This document shows positions 24,450 through 37,710 of a DNA stretch of 64,000 nt, piece after piece; within the stretch, counting starts at the first letter, position 1, and each line of letters starts with the position of its first letter. The translations under genes and the position numbers were made by a program. Source of the stretch: Eledone cirrhosa. Taxonomy: Eukaryota. Where the stretch lies: positions 10,788,001 through 10,852,000 of the forward strand of contig OZ024743.1 of NCBI GenBank assembly GCA_964016885.1. The letters are read 5' to 3'. The notes below the pieces were generated by a model that worked only from the letters and a program-made list of their open reading frames with translations, made no database searches and was not told the DNA's origin.

Positions 24450-25905
24450 AACATGCCTTGCAGTGTTTGTTCTGGCAGGCATGTGCAATCCTAACCAGGT
24501 CTATACATGAGAACCTCCATCTCATGTGATACATCATAGAGAAGGTAAAGAGCAAACCTAGCTTTCGTGGGGCTCTGCCCAATTTGCCGTTCAACAGTCT
24601 CATTGAATGCTGGATGGACAAAAGAGTGAAGTTGCTTTGGGTCCAGTTTGGTTCAGACATCCAGGTGGATAAGAACTGGGACAAAGTAATGAGCGGGGTG
24701 GTCACACTCACCCAGTAATGGACGAAGAGGAAATTATCCCTGAAAGGTCAGGTAGAGGTGACAAATGTGTACGTTGCATCGGTCACTTATTAACGCTTTA
24801 CAGTTGTGCCTTGCTCCTATTTGCGCCTCATCAAATTGGAGTACCTGCTCTTTAACTTCTTGTGAAAGGGACAGGTTTCACTGGTAAGGCAGTTCATCTG
24901 CTAGAAAACAGCCTCTAGGTAGTGGCCAGGGCATATCATGGATGATGATGTGCAAACATATGCTGAGGCCATGGCATCTCTAGGTATTCTTAAATGGTGA
25001 ACAGGTGTGGTAGACGTTTGTGAGTCAGGTCATTCTGCAGCTTGTCTCTTTGACTGAGCTGCAATCATGAGTCAAGCGAAAGCCAAGACTGGGCACCTGG
25101 CATCTGAGCATCTGGCATCATGTGCTCACAGTGCTCTACCAGTCGGACAATGTGGTCAGTGGAAATTCCACTTTAATGCTTTATAAAAGACTAGTAATGG
25201 GCAAGTACGATGAAGTCCTCAGAGAAACTCTGGCCATTGACAAAATCAAACTAACAAGTCTGTTCTGGAGTACTTTTGAGCCGGGAACTGTGGACAATTT
25301 CCAGAAATTCTGGCCTGGCAGTGCTACTAGGGGGCATTGCTGGTTCGTGACAAACTCTAAGTGCTAAAAGATAGACCTGTCCGAGATATGCACAGAGTGA
25401 TGAAACCTTTCGCATGCACTCATTCAGTACTGACTAGAGGAGGTTTGTTGTACAGTTATTATTTTGTGTAAAACAGATCCAGCTATCAACTGAGTCTATT
25501 GTGAAGATTGACCCACTGAATTCTGTTGGCTGTGTTGAACATGGCTGAAAGAAGTGATAACAGAGACTTTTCTCTTTGGTGAAGCCCTCATCAACTTTTT
25601 CCATTTGCACTTGAAATGGAAGGTAAGGATGGAGAGGGAAGTGAATGGACCTACTCTGACCATGCACCTGTCAGCTGGAGAGTTTAAAGAAGAGAGGGGA
25701 ATCCTCCTTGGCAGCTCTTGGAAAGTAGGGTGGTTTACGATTGTTGGGGCTCCTAACTACCCCCTGGGTGGTACTCTACTTCCCATTGGAGAATTTTATT
25801 ATGTATTTTGTTATCTTTTTTACTCGATTTTATGTAAACCCCAACAGTCCCTCTCTATTGTATTGTCCCCTATATGTCGGCCCTTTTGGTCAATAAATGA
25901 AACAA
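24450..25905 (+). mobile_element. Decayed L1/Tx1-type LINE, 3' part
   Basis: NRSIHENLHLM, SLKGQVEVTN, LFNFL*KG, STESIVKI; homologous to 56.6-58.9 kb (-); ends with AATAAA and (ATT)n; a further 3' fragment lies at ~23760-24110. Confidence 0.75.
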
Positions 25906-25948
25906 TTATTATTATTGTTATTATTATGATTATTATTATTATTGTTCT

Positions 25949-28900
25949 TTGAGTCTCAGTCATTGATGTTATTTAACTGGAAAGTTTGTTGGAATGAATA
26001 TCAAGCCGTTACCTGCAGCCTCAGATATTCAGGACTTATCGAAGGGTTCTTGCTGTTCCCAGCAAGCATGCCTTTTGAAGTGTTCCAACAAGCGGAGCTG
26101 GACTAATCTTCTTTAACCATCCTTGGAAACTCTTTGAGATAGTACCTAGTGCTTCTATGACAATCAGGACGACTTTGATCTCATGGCAGTTCCAAATCCT
26201 TTTTAACTCCCACTTTAAATTGGTTAATTTTCTCCCTCTCCTTTTCTTGCACTCTCGGGTCAAATGGACAGGCTACATCTACAATCAGGCACGATCTTTT
26301 TTCCTTGTCAAAAACCACCAGGTCAGGCCTATTGTGTTCTAATTTCTTGTCCGTCTGTATCCTAAAATCTCATAGCACCTTCACCTGATCGTTTTCTATC
26401 ACTGACTCTGGCTTATGCTCATACCACTTCTCAGAATGTGGTAAATTGTTTACTTTGCATAGATGCCAGTGGATCACTCTGCCTATCATATCATGTCTCC
26501 AGCCTTTATAGTGAGTCTGGGCTAGGTGTTTACACTCAGATACATTGTGAGCCACAGTCTCCTCTCTCTCTCCACAGATCCTACACAGTGAGCTAGCCTC
26601 CTCCTTGTCAATATGGTGTTTCACCCATTAGCATTCCTTCTGTAGCTTTTTTAAGGTCTTCTCTTTTTAACCAGTTCCATGTCTGTGGATCTCTGAATTT
26701 CGTTTTCTAAAAGAAGGTACTATGAAGGGATTTTTCATGAAGGTTGTTCTTCCCCCTTGCTGTTATTTCTTTCTTGGACATCCCCTGGTCTATTGTCTTC
26801 TCCTTCAGTACAATTTTGAGCATTGGCTCCCTACTGTTAGACACATATTTGTGCAGACTGTTTTTCTCCATCTGAACACAGCCCTCTATGCTGATAAGAC
26901 CTCTTCCATCTTCAGATCTCTTTAAGTAGATTCTATCGACATCAATCCTCTTGTGGAACATGTTGTAGATAGTCATAAGCTTCCTAGTCTTCCTATCCAT
27001 TTATTTTTGTTCAGCAACATTCCATTTCAGAATTCCCGCACTGTACCTAATAATAGACACAGCTCGGGAATTTACTGCACTTATGACTTTCCTACTATTT
27101 AGATGTGATTTTAGTATGTTCCTTACTCTCCTTATGTATTCAGATCTTATCAATTCCTTCATTCTTTTTTTTCTTGATGTCATCTGCTTCCAGAACACCC
27201 AAATATTTGTATTCCTCTTCCTTTATCATCTCACCTGTTGGTACCTGGATTCCTTCATCACTAGGACTCCACACTTATTAACAGCAAATTCCATACATAT
27301 ATCATTGCTGAAAATACGGACACTGTCAACAAGTACATCCAACTCCTTCTCACTCTTCCCAAAGAGTTTAAGATCGTCCACGAAGAGGAGGTGGTTGATG
27401 GTAAGCTCTCCCCTTCCCAGCTTGTATCCTGCTCTCACTTTTCGCAGTACACTGGTCAGGGGTATGAGGGTAAGGACAAACAGCAAAGGGGACAAACTAT
27501 TTCCCTGGAAGATACCTCTCTTGATCTTCACGCCTCCCAAGGATTCTCCCCCTGATGTTAGCTCTGTTTCCCAGGACATCATACTTTTACTTAATAGCTG
27601 TCTGATGTTGTCTGCCTCCTTGAAGATCTCTAGGCTTTTGGTTATCCAAGAATGAGGTACCATGTCGAATGCCTTTTTGTAATCTATCCATCCCATGGCA
27701 AGACCAGTATGCCTCCTCTTGCAATTCCTCATTACCATCTTATCAATAAGCAACTGGTCTTTTGTACCACGGGACTTCTTTCGCCATCCTTTCTGTTCGT
27801 CCGGTAACAAGTTGTTTATGTGGAGGTGATAGTAGATTTCCTCAGACATAATGCTTGTCAACAGTTTCCACATTACGGACAGACATGTGATAGGTCTATA
27901 GTTGGTAACATCATTACCCTTGATTCGGTCTTTCATTACCAGAACTGTGGTACCTTTTGTCAACCACTCTGGTACTTCACCCGACATCAAGCAGTCATTG
28001 AACATGGCTGTCAGTTTGGGGTGGAGGGATGTTATATCTTTTATCCAATATCCTTGCACACCATCTGGGCCTGGTGATTTCCAGTTGGTTAGTTTTTTGG
28101 CCTGCCCTTTAAGAGTTTCAGCTGTGATATTCAAATCAGATTGTTGGTGTGATTGTTCACTAATCTCCTTTTGAACTGTCTCAATCCACACTGCCTGGCT
28201 ATTATGTTCAAGATCCTGCTCCCATATTCCTCTCCAGAATCTCTTAGTCTATTCAGCCTCAGGGATCACATTGTTACCTCTTTCTTTCCCTTCAAGCTGT
28301 TCAAACAACATCTTCTGGTTGTTGTCAAACAAGCAGTTCTACCGCCTAATGTTTGCACTTTTTGCTACAATGCGTTGCTTCAGTTCCTCTATGATAACAT
28401 TTAGCTCTTTTCCCTTAGTTTTGTATTTTATTTTCAATCTATCTTTAGTGTCTATGTTTTGTAATGTCCCATTCAGTAAGGACTCAAGCTTTCCAATATC
28501 TCTTCTCATTTCCTTGATTTGACCATTCAATCGATTCTTCCACCACGGTTCTGATCTTTCTTGTTTGTTGTTTCCTCTCGTTTTTATACCAAGTAATTTT
28601 TTCACCCCATTTGCGGTTGCTTTGAGGGTATTGTTGCATTAGTGAAGGTTCCTCGCCTCAAGGTATTTGATGACCTTGTTTACCTTAGCTGTCGTTTCTT
28701 TTAGCTTTTTCCTGTCTACAAATCTTAGGTTCATAGGTTTTCCACTATCATTATTCATTTCATCTACCACTAAGTTCAGAATATCAACAAAATCTTGCCC
28801 TAGCCCGTCAGCATTTATTTCCTCAATGGTCGTATCTTTGTTCCAGATGTTATTTATTTCAGCATTCAGATCACTGTCTGCTTCGGTTGCTTCCTCAGGT

Positions 28901-29527
28901 CTCTTCAACCTCTTCACCTTCATTTCCCACCGGCTCATTTGCTTGATATACTCTACTCTCCATTTCCAACTCAATCTCTCTGCTCAGTTCCTCCAGTTCC
29001 AACTCGCTTATCCATCCATTAGTTCTTATTACCCGAGTCTGCCCGGCCAATTTTTGTTCACCTAATTTAAATATACCAATCTCGTTCCAGATGTTATGCA
29101 TTCGTTTCCTATAGCCTTTTTCCATGGGGTTACTCTTCAGATAACATTTCATGACAGTTCTATTCAATTCTTTCGTCCAGTTGGTTCTTGTCCCATTCCT
29201 TCTTTTTCCTCTAACACCAGCAGTATTTGGATGACAGCCAGGTCCCTGCTGCTGGGCCAGGGAGCACTTGCTGGGTGAGAGTCTTTCTGTTGAAACTGGC
29301 TGTAACTGGTCGCTCAAACTGATGTTAAGGTATTGTTCTCAAAATAAATACTTTCAAAATCTCATAGATTCGATATTATGTGAGATAATTATGTGAGATA
29401 AAGCCTTTACCATGAAAATATAATAGTATATATAGAGTAATGTGAACGCTAAAAGGTTAAACACTCTTATCGAGGATTAGTGAATTTATGGTTACATCAC
29501 CACCGGTGTTTTTTTTAGCGTGACACC
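25949..29527 (-). mobile_element. Near full-length R4/Dong-type RLE non-LTR retrotransposon inserted in (TAA)n
   Basis: N-terminal WTKELNRTVMKCY...GYRKRMHNIW; RT NYRPITCL, IDYKKAFDMVPH, GIFQGNSLSP, LFVDD; CRICGEREETVAHNVSEC; RPD endonuclease motif; (ATT)n on both flanks; several stops and frameshifts. Confidence 0.92.
27226..28191 (-). pseudogene. Reverse transcriptase core of the Dong/R4 element (largest open piece)
   Basis: 321-aa ORF with non-LTR RT motifs through FVDD. Confidence 0.9.
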
Positions 29528-29635
29528 ATTATTATTATTATTATCATTATTATTATGGTGATGATGATGATGATTATGAGGATGATTTGCTTATTATTAG
29601 CCAGGAATGTTAAAAAAAAGCGAACATGTTCTTTC

Positions 29636-29708
29636 TAATATAAATAAATAAATAAATGAATAAATAAATAAATAAATAAATGAATAAATAAATAAATAAA
29701 TAAATGAA

Positions 29709-29747
<39 letters not shown>

Positions 29748-29760
29748 ATGAATAAATAAA
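29636..29760. repeat. (TAAA)n microsatellite
   Basis: Seen directly. Confidence 0.95.
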
Positions 29761-30129
29761 ATATATTTTTAAAAAAAGATTTAAAAAGTCAAACATTGAA
29801 GATGTATAAATTTTAAGCAGGTATGCTAGTGTATTAGTGAGTTGACTGGCTAGTAGATTAAGACATGGTATAATGATTTAGGCCCAAACCAACAAGCTTC
29901 ATTTTTATTGGAGCAGTGGGTTGTGTATGAGAAGAGTTTATCAATCCAATTAATTTAAGCCATCAATAAAACACAATTAGTGAATGTGTTTCACACAAAA
30001 AGCACTTTAAATCAATCAGTCTTCTGTCTCTAGTCACTGTTATTTAGCTTTCCATTAATGATGAATTCATGCTATTGTTTCTCTGATTTCTTTTTAAGCA
30101 GCATTGGCCACCACCATAACCCTCCATCA

Positions 30130-30240
30130 CTATTATTATGATTGTTAATATTATTGTTATTATTATTGTTGTTGTTGTTGTTGTTATTATTATTATTATT
30201 ACTATTATTATTATTATTATTATTATCGTTGCTGTTGTTG

Positions 30241-30275
<35 letters not shown>

Positions 30276-30560
30276 GTTATTGCTGTTGTTGTTGTTCTTA
30301 TCATTATTATTATTATTATCATTATTATTGTTGTTGTTGTTGTTGTTGCTGCTGTTGTTGTCATTGTTGTTCTTGCCATCATTGTTCTTGCTACTGTTTT
30401 TGCTGTTGTTATCATCCCCACCATCATCATTGTCATCATCATCATCATTGCCATTAACATCTTCATGGTCATTATCAACATCATCATCATCATTATCATC
30501 ATTACCATCATCATCATCATCAACATTACTCATCATCATTCCCATCATTATTATTATTGT
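30130..30560. repeat. Long compound trinucleotide microsatellite (TTA/TTG/TCA)n
   Basis: Seen directly; source of the poly-N/I/L/M ORFs. Confidence 0.95.
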
Positions 30561-31454
30561 TAATACTAGACTTCATTTATTTTTTTTCAATTTGAAGAAC
30601 ACAGAGAACTATAAAAGTTATTACTTTAGTGATGACAACACCAACCATTTGTATAATTACTATCGATTGTTCTAGATAGGAAATAAAAACAAAGGAAAAA
30701 GAAAAAAGGAAAGAAGAAATTATAGTGAAAATGCTTAGTGAGAAATCCATTATCAAGATTCATTCTGTTCAGATAACTCACCAACTTGTAGTCTAGTATC
30801 TGACATGTAATTACAGCAATTGTAAGATATCATTTCAAATCTTTATCAAGTGCACACACTGAACATTGTAATATATCAATGTTCTGAAATATCACCTCAA
30901 CAATTATATGATATTATAGCAATTGTAAGATATAATTTTAAATCTTTATTATTTTCTTGTTGGGATACATTTATTTGTGAAGAACTTTTCACAAGCTACC
31001 ATGTCATTAGACATTCATGTCTTAATGTGAAATCCAATAAATGTTCACTGCAACACACAAGGATCAAGTGACGAGAACAAATGTTTATGCACTTAGCTTT
31101 TGGATTTGAAAGTTTGGATTTCATTACTGGAGATGACTCTCATTTCTCTTTCTATAAGGTTGTTCCATATTTTGATGATTAAGTGCAAAAAGATTATTCT
31201 GATTATTTCTTTTATTTTTTTATTATTATTATTTATTTATTTAAGAATATGGTTGTGCTCATTGCTTTTGCAGGCCTTATAAGACTGATGAAATTTTAGT
31301 TAATGTTTCTCTTGAATAGTTGCAATCTAGAACATTAGACTTACCCCTTTTGTTACAATATTTCTAATGAAAGAACAACTTGTGATTTGGGAATCATTTT
31401 GAAAATAATAATTTGGAGATTATATTTAGCAATATAACTAACTGACTTAATATG

Positions 31455-31615
31455 GCTCTTTATGTTCTGAGTTCAAATCCTGCCGAGGTTAGCTTTGCCT
31501 TTCATCCTTAAGGGGTTGATATATAAAGCACCAGTAATGCACTGGGATCAATTTAATCGACTTTCCCCTCCCCTTCAAATTGCTGACCTTGTGCCTAAAG
31601 TAGAAACAATTATTT
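31455..31615 (+). mobile_element. SINE family A copy
   Basis: gagttcaaatcctgccgaggttagctttgcctttcatcc...tagaaacaatt. Confidence 0.8.
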
Positions 31616-32958
31616 ATCTGCTATTTGGGATATAACTTAATAAAGATTCTTATATAAAATTATGATGAAAAGTTTTTAGATAAGTATAGATATTTTAAAA
31701 TAAATAGCTTTGTGTTGCAGAACTGGGCATAGTTTCAGGTGTTTTGGTACCAAGGGGTTAACATGAGGCATAAAGAGAATAAGAGTAGACAGGAACGTGC
31801 TGGACCTTTTACAAGATCATCTTTCATTTATCATATAACCGTGGTTGCATATTTCTGAGGTCCTGTGTGTGTCTTTTCAAAGGAAAACCTGAGCAGATAT
31901 AGTGAAAACAAATATTAGGAAGCTAAACTTCATGATAAAGGAAAGAGAGAAATGGAGGTGGGATGCTGTATTGGAGAGTACTTTTCTAACCTATGCAAGC
32001 ATGGAAAAACATATAAAAAAAAAGAGAAAAAAAACATCTGCTGTGATGACTATGATGATAATCATGATGATCATCAGGATCACAATCATCATGATGATAG
32101 TGATGATGATCATGATCATAATGTAGTTGCAGCAAATTATGTCTTCTCATACAGTTAGTTTTTTTAGAGCCTTTGTTTCATCCACTTCAGTTATTCTAAA
32201 TGATTTTTTCTCTTCTTTTTTTTTTTGTTTCAACTGAGGGTAGTATGTGAAGCATTCATAAGTATATATAATGATAATTCATACTGGTGCCTTGTAGACA
32301 TTGGTTAAAATATATAATATCAACAATTATATGATATAGTAACTAGAATATCATTTCAATTATATTTATTATATATGCTCATAACAATGTAATATCACTT
32401 GAAAGCTATGAAATGTAACCTCAACAAGTATGTAATAAAATTTCAGAAATGTCTCTATAATAAGCTCCTAATTATATTATGAACAAGTGAAATGGTCAAG
32501 TGAATTAGGTATTGAACAATCATCTAATTAGTTGTGAATTCTGTGAATTAACAACTATCTACAGATGTTTCAGTGTTCTATTGAAGAATGAATTATTTTT
32601 CATGCCTTAGTTCACCTATCTATCATAATTATATATGCAATATATTGGCTGAGAAAATTTATTTGCTCAAGGCTACATGACTGAACCTAAGTCATAGCCT
32701 CTCATTGCTTTTGAGATACTTATATACCAGTGAAGCAGCTGTGTGAAATATTTTAGGGTAATGTTTATTGAAACAAGATAATTTACACATTTGTGCAAGA
32801 AATATCTGCTCTACTACTTTACAACCATCTGATTAACCTTAAAGCATTAATTATTTGGTATATTCACTTAGAAAATAAATACTTATCAAATGTCTATGCA
32901 AAATGTTATAAGCTATTACAAATCTGTTATTAAGTTAGACAGACATTTAATTCCTTAA

Positions 32959-33273
32959 CCCTTAGCAGACGATAATGCTGATCTATCGGTTGAAAAGTCG
33001 GATGACAAAGAAGACTGGGCTGATCCGTTGCCCCGATAATACAAGCCTCAAGATTAGCTAGTTCATCTTTGTACCAGTCAGTCAAATTGCTTCTCACATT
33101 TCTTGCACATCTAGGCCTTTCAATGGTTTGCTATGTCATGTGATTTATTTATCATGCACTTTATTTTTTATTATTTTTTTTTTTTAAATAAGTGCATGCC
33201 CTCTGTAGTACTTGTGAAAAAGCTCCATCTTCTTGGCACAGAAACTCTAAATGAGGCTCTGTCTCCAAAAGGG
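32959..33273. mobile_element. piggyBac-like MITE
   Basis: TTAA|cccttagcagac ... gtctccaaaaggg|TTAA. Confidence 0.6.
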
Positions 33274-33899
33274 TTAAATATAAATTCAAACTTATTTTCC
33301 TAAAACACATAAAAAATTCTCAAGTGCACCTAAATTTGCTAAAATCTACTAAAATCCAGTTGGGTCTTACTGTTTATTTTCATTCAGTTCTTATAATAGA
33401 GCCATCTCTGCCTCTGACTGAGCTAACTGGGTGATATTGCTCTCACAAGGCTGTTTGTATATCTTTAAAAAATATACTCATCTCTGGCGCTCAATCAACA
33501 TTAAATGATAACACTTTAGTAAAAGATATCTCATTCTTCCTTTTTATCTCTTTGTCCTTGAACTTATAAGCTTAGTGAACCTGCTCTAAGAGCTTCAGTA
33601 ACTTGGTGCCCAGCATCTTAGCTTTCAATTTTGCAATGTTCCTGGTGTTAACTACTTATTTTTATAATGTCTATAGCTTATAATATTGTTTCCTAATCCA
33701 ACACAGGATTTCTTGATCACATTGCACCTGGTTCTTTGTCCTTAGTTTCACCAGCAATTGCACTAAAATAGCTGCTAATGTCCATGGCAAATAGTTGTTT
33801 GTTAATAGAGCACTTACGTTTGGTGATGTCAAGTTATTTTCTTTGTTACTCTGTTTTTCCAGCTTGCAACATTACTGTAACTGTTAAATGAAAGTTATT

Positions 33900-34200
33900 G
33901 AATACATTAACTTTTCAAAAAGCTCTAGCATCTATAAGTGATCACTGCCATTTCGTATTGATGATAATATGGCTGATCTCATTGAATAACCTATCAGATG
34001 TTGACATGTGAACATGTTCTGGTGAGGAAAGATAATACCTCCAATTACAAAAGTCTACATGATCTTCACTGTTGTCATTCATCGCACCACAATCACATTT
34101 GCCTATTGCCCTTTTATAATTGATATTCTCAGTTGCTACCCTAGCATTCAGGTCCCTGTTGACCAGAAGGATTTAGATATGATTTAGTTAAGGCATTCAT
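33900..34200 (-). mobile_element. Old RTE apurinic-endonuclease domain relic
   Basis: AIGKCDCGAMNDNSEDHVDFC...SDRLFNEISHIIINTKWQ*SLIDARAF resembles the G.hG.G.mN.NG..l.dFC...NqIDHI.i..kw..sl.DvR motifs of LINE endonucleases. Confidence 0.5.
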
Positions 34201-35083
34201 ACCATTCAATTCTCACCTCAACTTCATTTTCATTTGTTGGAGCATAACACTGAGTGGTTGTAAGCTTCTCCTATTCTAACAAAGTGTTGGCCTTCTCCTT
34301 GTGAGTCATCTTATGTGAGTCATCTTATGTCTAGCATTCAGAATGGTCAAGCCATCACTCATACTTTACTGTCTCAATCTAGTCAAAGAGGACACTATGA
34401 CTGCAAGAATTTCCAAATAATACTATCTCATTTTTCTCGATATTTGGGCTTATTTTCATTCTTGATATATGGTGCATGCATTCCATGCTTGGTTTTGTAA
34501 CTCTTGACTCAAACAGACTATCGTGTGTGTCTAATTTCCTCATGGAGTCTTCCATTAAAGATGCTTATTCTGCCTATTGCATGGCTCAAATAAAATATAT
34601 ACTAGTTAAATGTTAAGATTTTTATCGTTGTTGAAGTTTGTTGGTCTCATGTCCAATTCATAACCTGGGGGACCAGGGACTAGATTGAACCCAATCTCTC
34701 TACCTAAGTCTGCTCTGCTTAACAAAACCAGCTATTTATAAGACCCTTGTAAATATAGCTTTCAAGAGTCATAGAGACACACAAATGTCTTTACCATGGC
34801 ATAATAATGATGACACTAAATAGGCAATATGTTGTCACTGGCCCTGTAGTTTCTAACATTAATCTTCAATACCAACTGGGTTGATAAACTATGTAAAGTG
34901 TATATATACATAATATTAATGTACCCAAATTTCACTCAATAAACTTTCTCAGTTTTTGCACATAATTATCAAAAATGTAGCTCCGATTGTTGCTTTATGT
35001 GTTGGTTTAAGGTTCAAACCAAAGTAATTTTTTTTCTTTACAATTCAAATTTGTAGTTTTAAGAATAATAAAAATGATGAGGA

Positions 35084-35126
<43 letters not shown>

Positions 35127-35389
35127 TATATCATCCTCATCCTCATCATATATATATATATATATATAAAATCAGAGACGAAATCATTTAGCAAGCATAT
35201 CTGATGATCTTTCGATTACAGAGTGGCTGTGTAGGTATCACGGCAAAAAGCACCCAGTCCAGACTGTAAAGTGGTCATGTAGGTGTTACGATAGTCAGAC
35301 AGGGCATGTAAGCTACTAGAAGAGAAAAAAAAATGGGCCTCAGCACGCATGGGAGTTGAACCTACACTTCTTGTTTGCCAGACAGGGTG

Positions 35390-35459
35390 AGCAGGTTGAT
35401 GTAATCAGTAGCATGCTTGTCTGGCACACAAGTGGTATAGGTTCGACATCACACATGCT
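35390..35459 (+). pseudogene. tRNA-like pseudogene / SINE head (Gly-like scaffold, loop CTGGCAC)
   Basis: Acceptor AGCAGGT/ACATGCT, D stem ATGT/GCAT, anticodon stem CTTGT/ACAAG, GGTTCGA T-loop; T stem broken. Confidence 0.5.
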
Positions 35460-35607
35460 ATGCCCATTTTTTCCATTCTGCAGGCTTATAATCCCTGTTA
35501 TTAGACTATTTTCTATAGTCAAATGTAAAACAAAAACTTCTAATTCAATTATCAAATTTCACTCGCCACCACCTTAAAAACACACGTGTTTGCTTATATA
35601 TATATAT

Positions 35608-36900
35608 CATCACCATTTACATCCATTTTCCATACTAGCATGGGTTAGATGTCCTGTTGTGGCACTAGCCAGGTCAGATTACCATGTCTTCATCATGCAG
35701 AGTTGATTTTAGCTTGGTTTCTATGGCTGGATGTCCTTCCTATTTTACAATGTGAAGTGGGCCCTTTTTATTATGGCACCAAAATGACCATTTTAGTGTG
35801 TGGGCTGCTGAGAATTTGGTTGAGGGAGATGCATGGGGATTGGGAAAGTAGATCTAAGGACATGGGTGAGATATGGGGTTTTAGGGAGTGGGTGGGGTGT
35901 TAGGACGTAGGAGGTGTATGGAGGGGAAGGTGGTGCATAGTAGATGTATGCTTCAACCCATGTACATGGGAAGGTGACCCTTCTGTATTAATGTGTAATG
36001 CCTTTGAGAGGTGAAATTGTGCAAGGTCATCTTTTATCATGTCATCAGAAGTCTTCCTAGTTCTTCCTACTCCATAACTTCCATCAACTTTGAGTGCCAT
36101 GCACCTTTTTATACAGCTGACAACCTCCATATGCATCAGATGGCTATACCAATGCAATCCCCTCTCCTGCATACAGCATCTGATCCCTCTTATATCCAGT
36201 TTCTTTCTCAGTTCATCTATGCATTGCTGTTCGTGTATATTACTGTTATACTCCTAACAAAGCATGTAAGCTTTCTTTCTCTCCAATCTTCACAGGTCCT
36301 CTGCATGCAGTGCCCTAGTCTCACTCTCATACAATATTGCTGTTCACGCATCATACAATCTGCCCTTCATTTTGAGGTAATAAACTTTTGTAGTTTGCAG
36401 CAGTAGTAGCTCCCTGAACTATCTCCATCCCATTCTCAATCTTGGTACTGCACATTCAGACACCCACTTCCACTGATAATCTGGTTACCCATTTAACAGA
36501 AAGTTTCAACTACTTCCACAGAGCCCTTTGGGAATTTAAAGGAGCTAGTATTCTGTGAGCTGTTGCTACTTACTGCACCTGTGCAACGATCACATATAAA
36601 ACCTGAGTTCTTGCTAGCCTGCCTTAATCATATAACATCTCTTGTGTATCCATAGTTTACATTTGGGGCATAGGATGGAATTTCTACCAACTCCTTTCCT
36701 GCAACCTGAGCAAGACCATCTCCTTGAGAAAATCTGGGCCCTGTTTTCCTTTCTACATACTAGGATTGCCAGATTGATTTTTAGACCTTTTGACTCTAGA
36801 ACTTGCTTCCGGGTTTAGAATTTCTCTAATTCTGCTATAGATTCAGCCATAAGGGCTAGATACCTTGCATACAGAATTTACCATAGGCAGCCAGTCTGAA
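35608..36900 (-). mobile_element. Older copy of the zinc-finger-bearing RTE family
   Basis: CRKGVGRNSILCPKCKLWIHKRC, MKGRLYDA, ERGLHWYSH...DGSYGVGRTRKT; 3' UTR module and (CAT)n-like end. Confidence 0.8.
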
Positions 36901-37394
36901 ATTATTTTGTTATAGCCTGTAGGACGATATGAGGCACTTACTGAAACTTCAAAGTCACTGTTAGCTTGATCTGCCCTCTGATCAGCTATTTTAATAAAAA
37001 TATATCTGACAGCTTTCTCTGTGGCTTTTGTCTTTATGATTCAGTATTAACCAATCAGTTGAGAACTTTGCAGCGAGAGCATTGTGCAAATGTCTTACAG
37101 CCCACACAGTAAGCTAATAATTGTTTCGACTAAAGGCACAAGGCCAACAATTTTCAAGAGGAGTGGAAAGTCGATTAAATCGATCCCAGTGCATTACTAG
37201 TGCTTTATTTTATCAAACCTGTAAGCTAATAATGCAACTTCTTCAACAGCTCCCGATAGTTTTCATATTTCCTTTAATTGGTTTCTTTAATAAACTCTTT
37301 CCAGGTGACAATGAGTTCTTTCATGATCAGTTGTTCTGTCAATTAAGAAGCGATATTCACGACTGACCAGACCTGCTAATTTGCAGAAGTCCCC

Positions 37395-37710
37395 TCGTAA
37401 CTCCTGATATAGTCGTAGGGGTGCGTTATTGACATACGGCGTTTCGTGGGCATTTTATAAGCCTGTCGGACCCCATCCCTCTCTAGGCCTGAGTACAACA
37501 GATTTCTTCCAAGGAAAGATAGAAAGTGAGAGAGAGGAGATGAGCGATATAGTGAATGAATCGACCCTATTATTAGACTGGAACTTTTTCTATTGACCTC
37601 GAAAGGATGAAAGGCACAGTTGACCTCGGTGGGATTTGAACTCAGAGAGCAGAGAGCCGGAACAAATACCATAAAGCATTTTATCCAACGTTCTAACGAC
37701 TCGGCCAATT
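37395..37710 (-). mobile_element. SINE family A head and core joined to an alternative 3' module
   Basis: Head/core at ~37560-37710; the module taactcctgat.tagtc.tagggg...cccat.cctct.taggcct recurs in the same arrangement at 59865-60098. Confidence 0.6.

Noticed and set aside
30044-30675. 140-177 aa low-complexity ORFs
   Set aside because: Trinucleotide microsatellite with no coding signature
35390-35459. Functional tRNA-Ala(GGC)
   Set aside because: T stem is broken, the anticodon is atypical for eukaryotes, and there is an inverted partial duplicate; treated as a pseudogene or repeat
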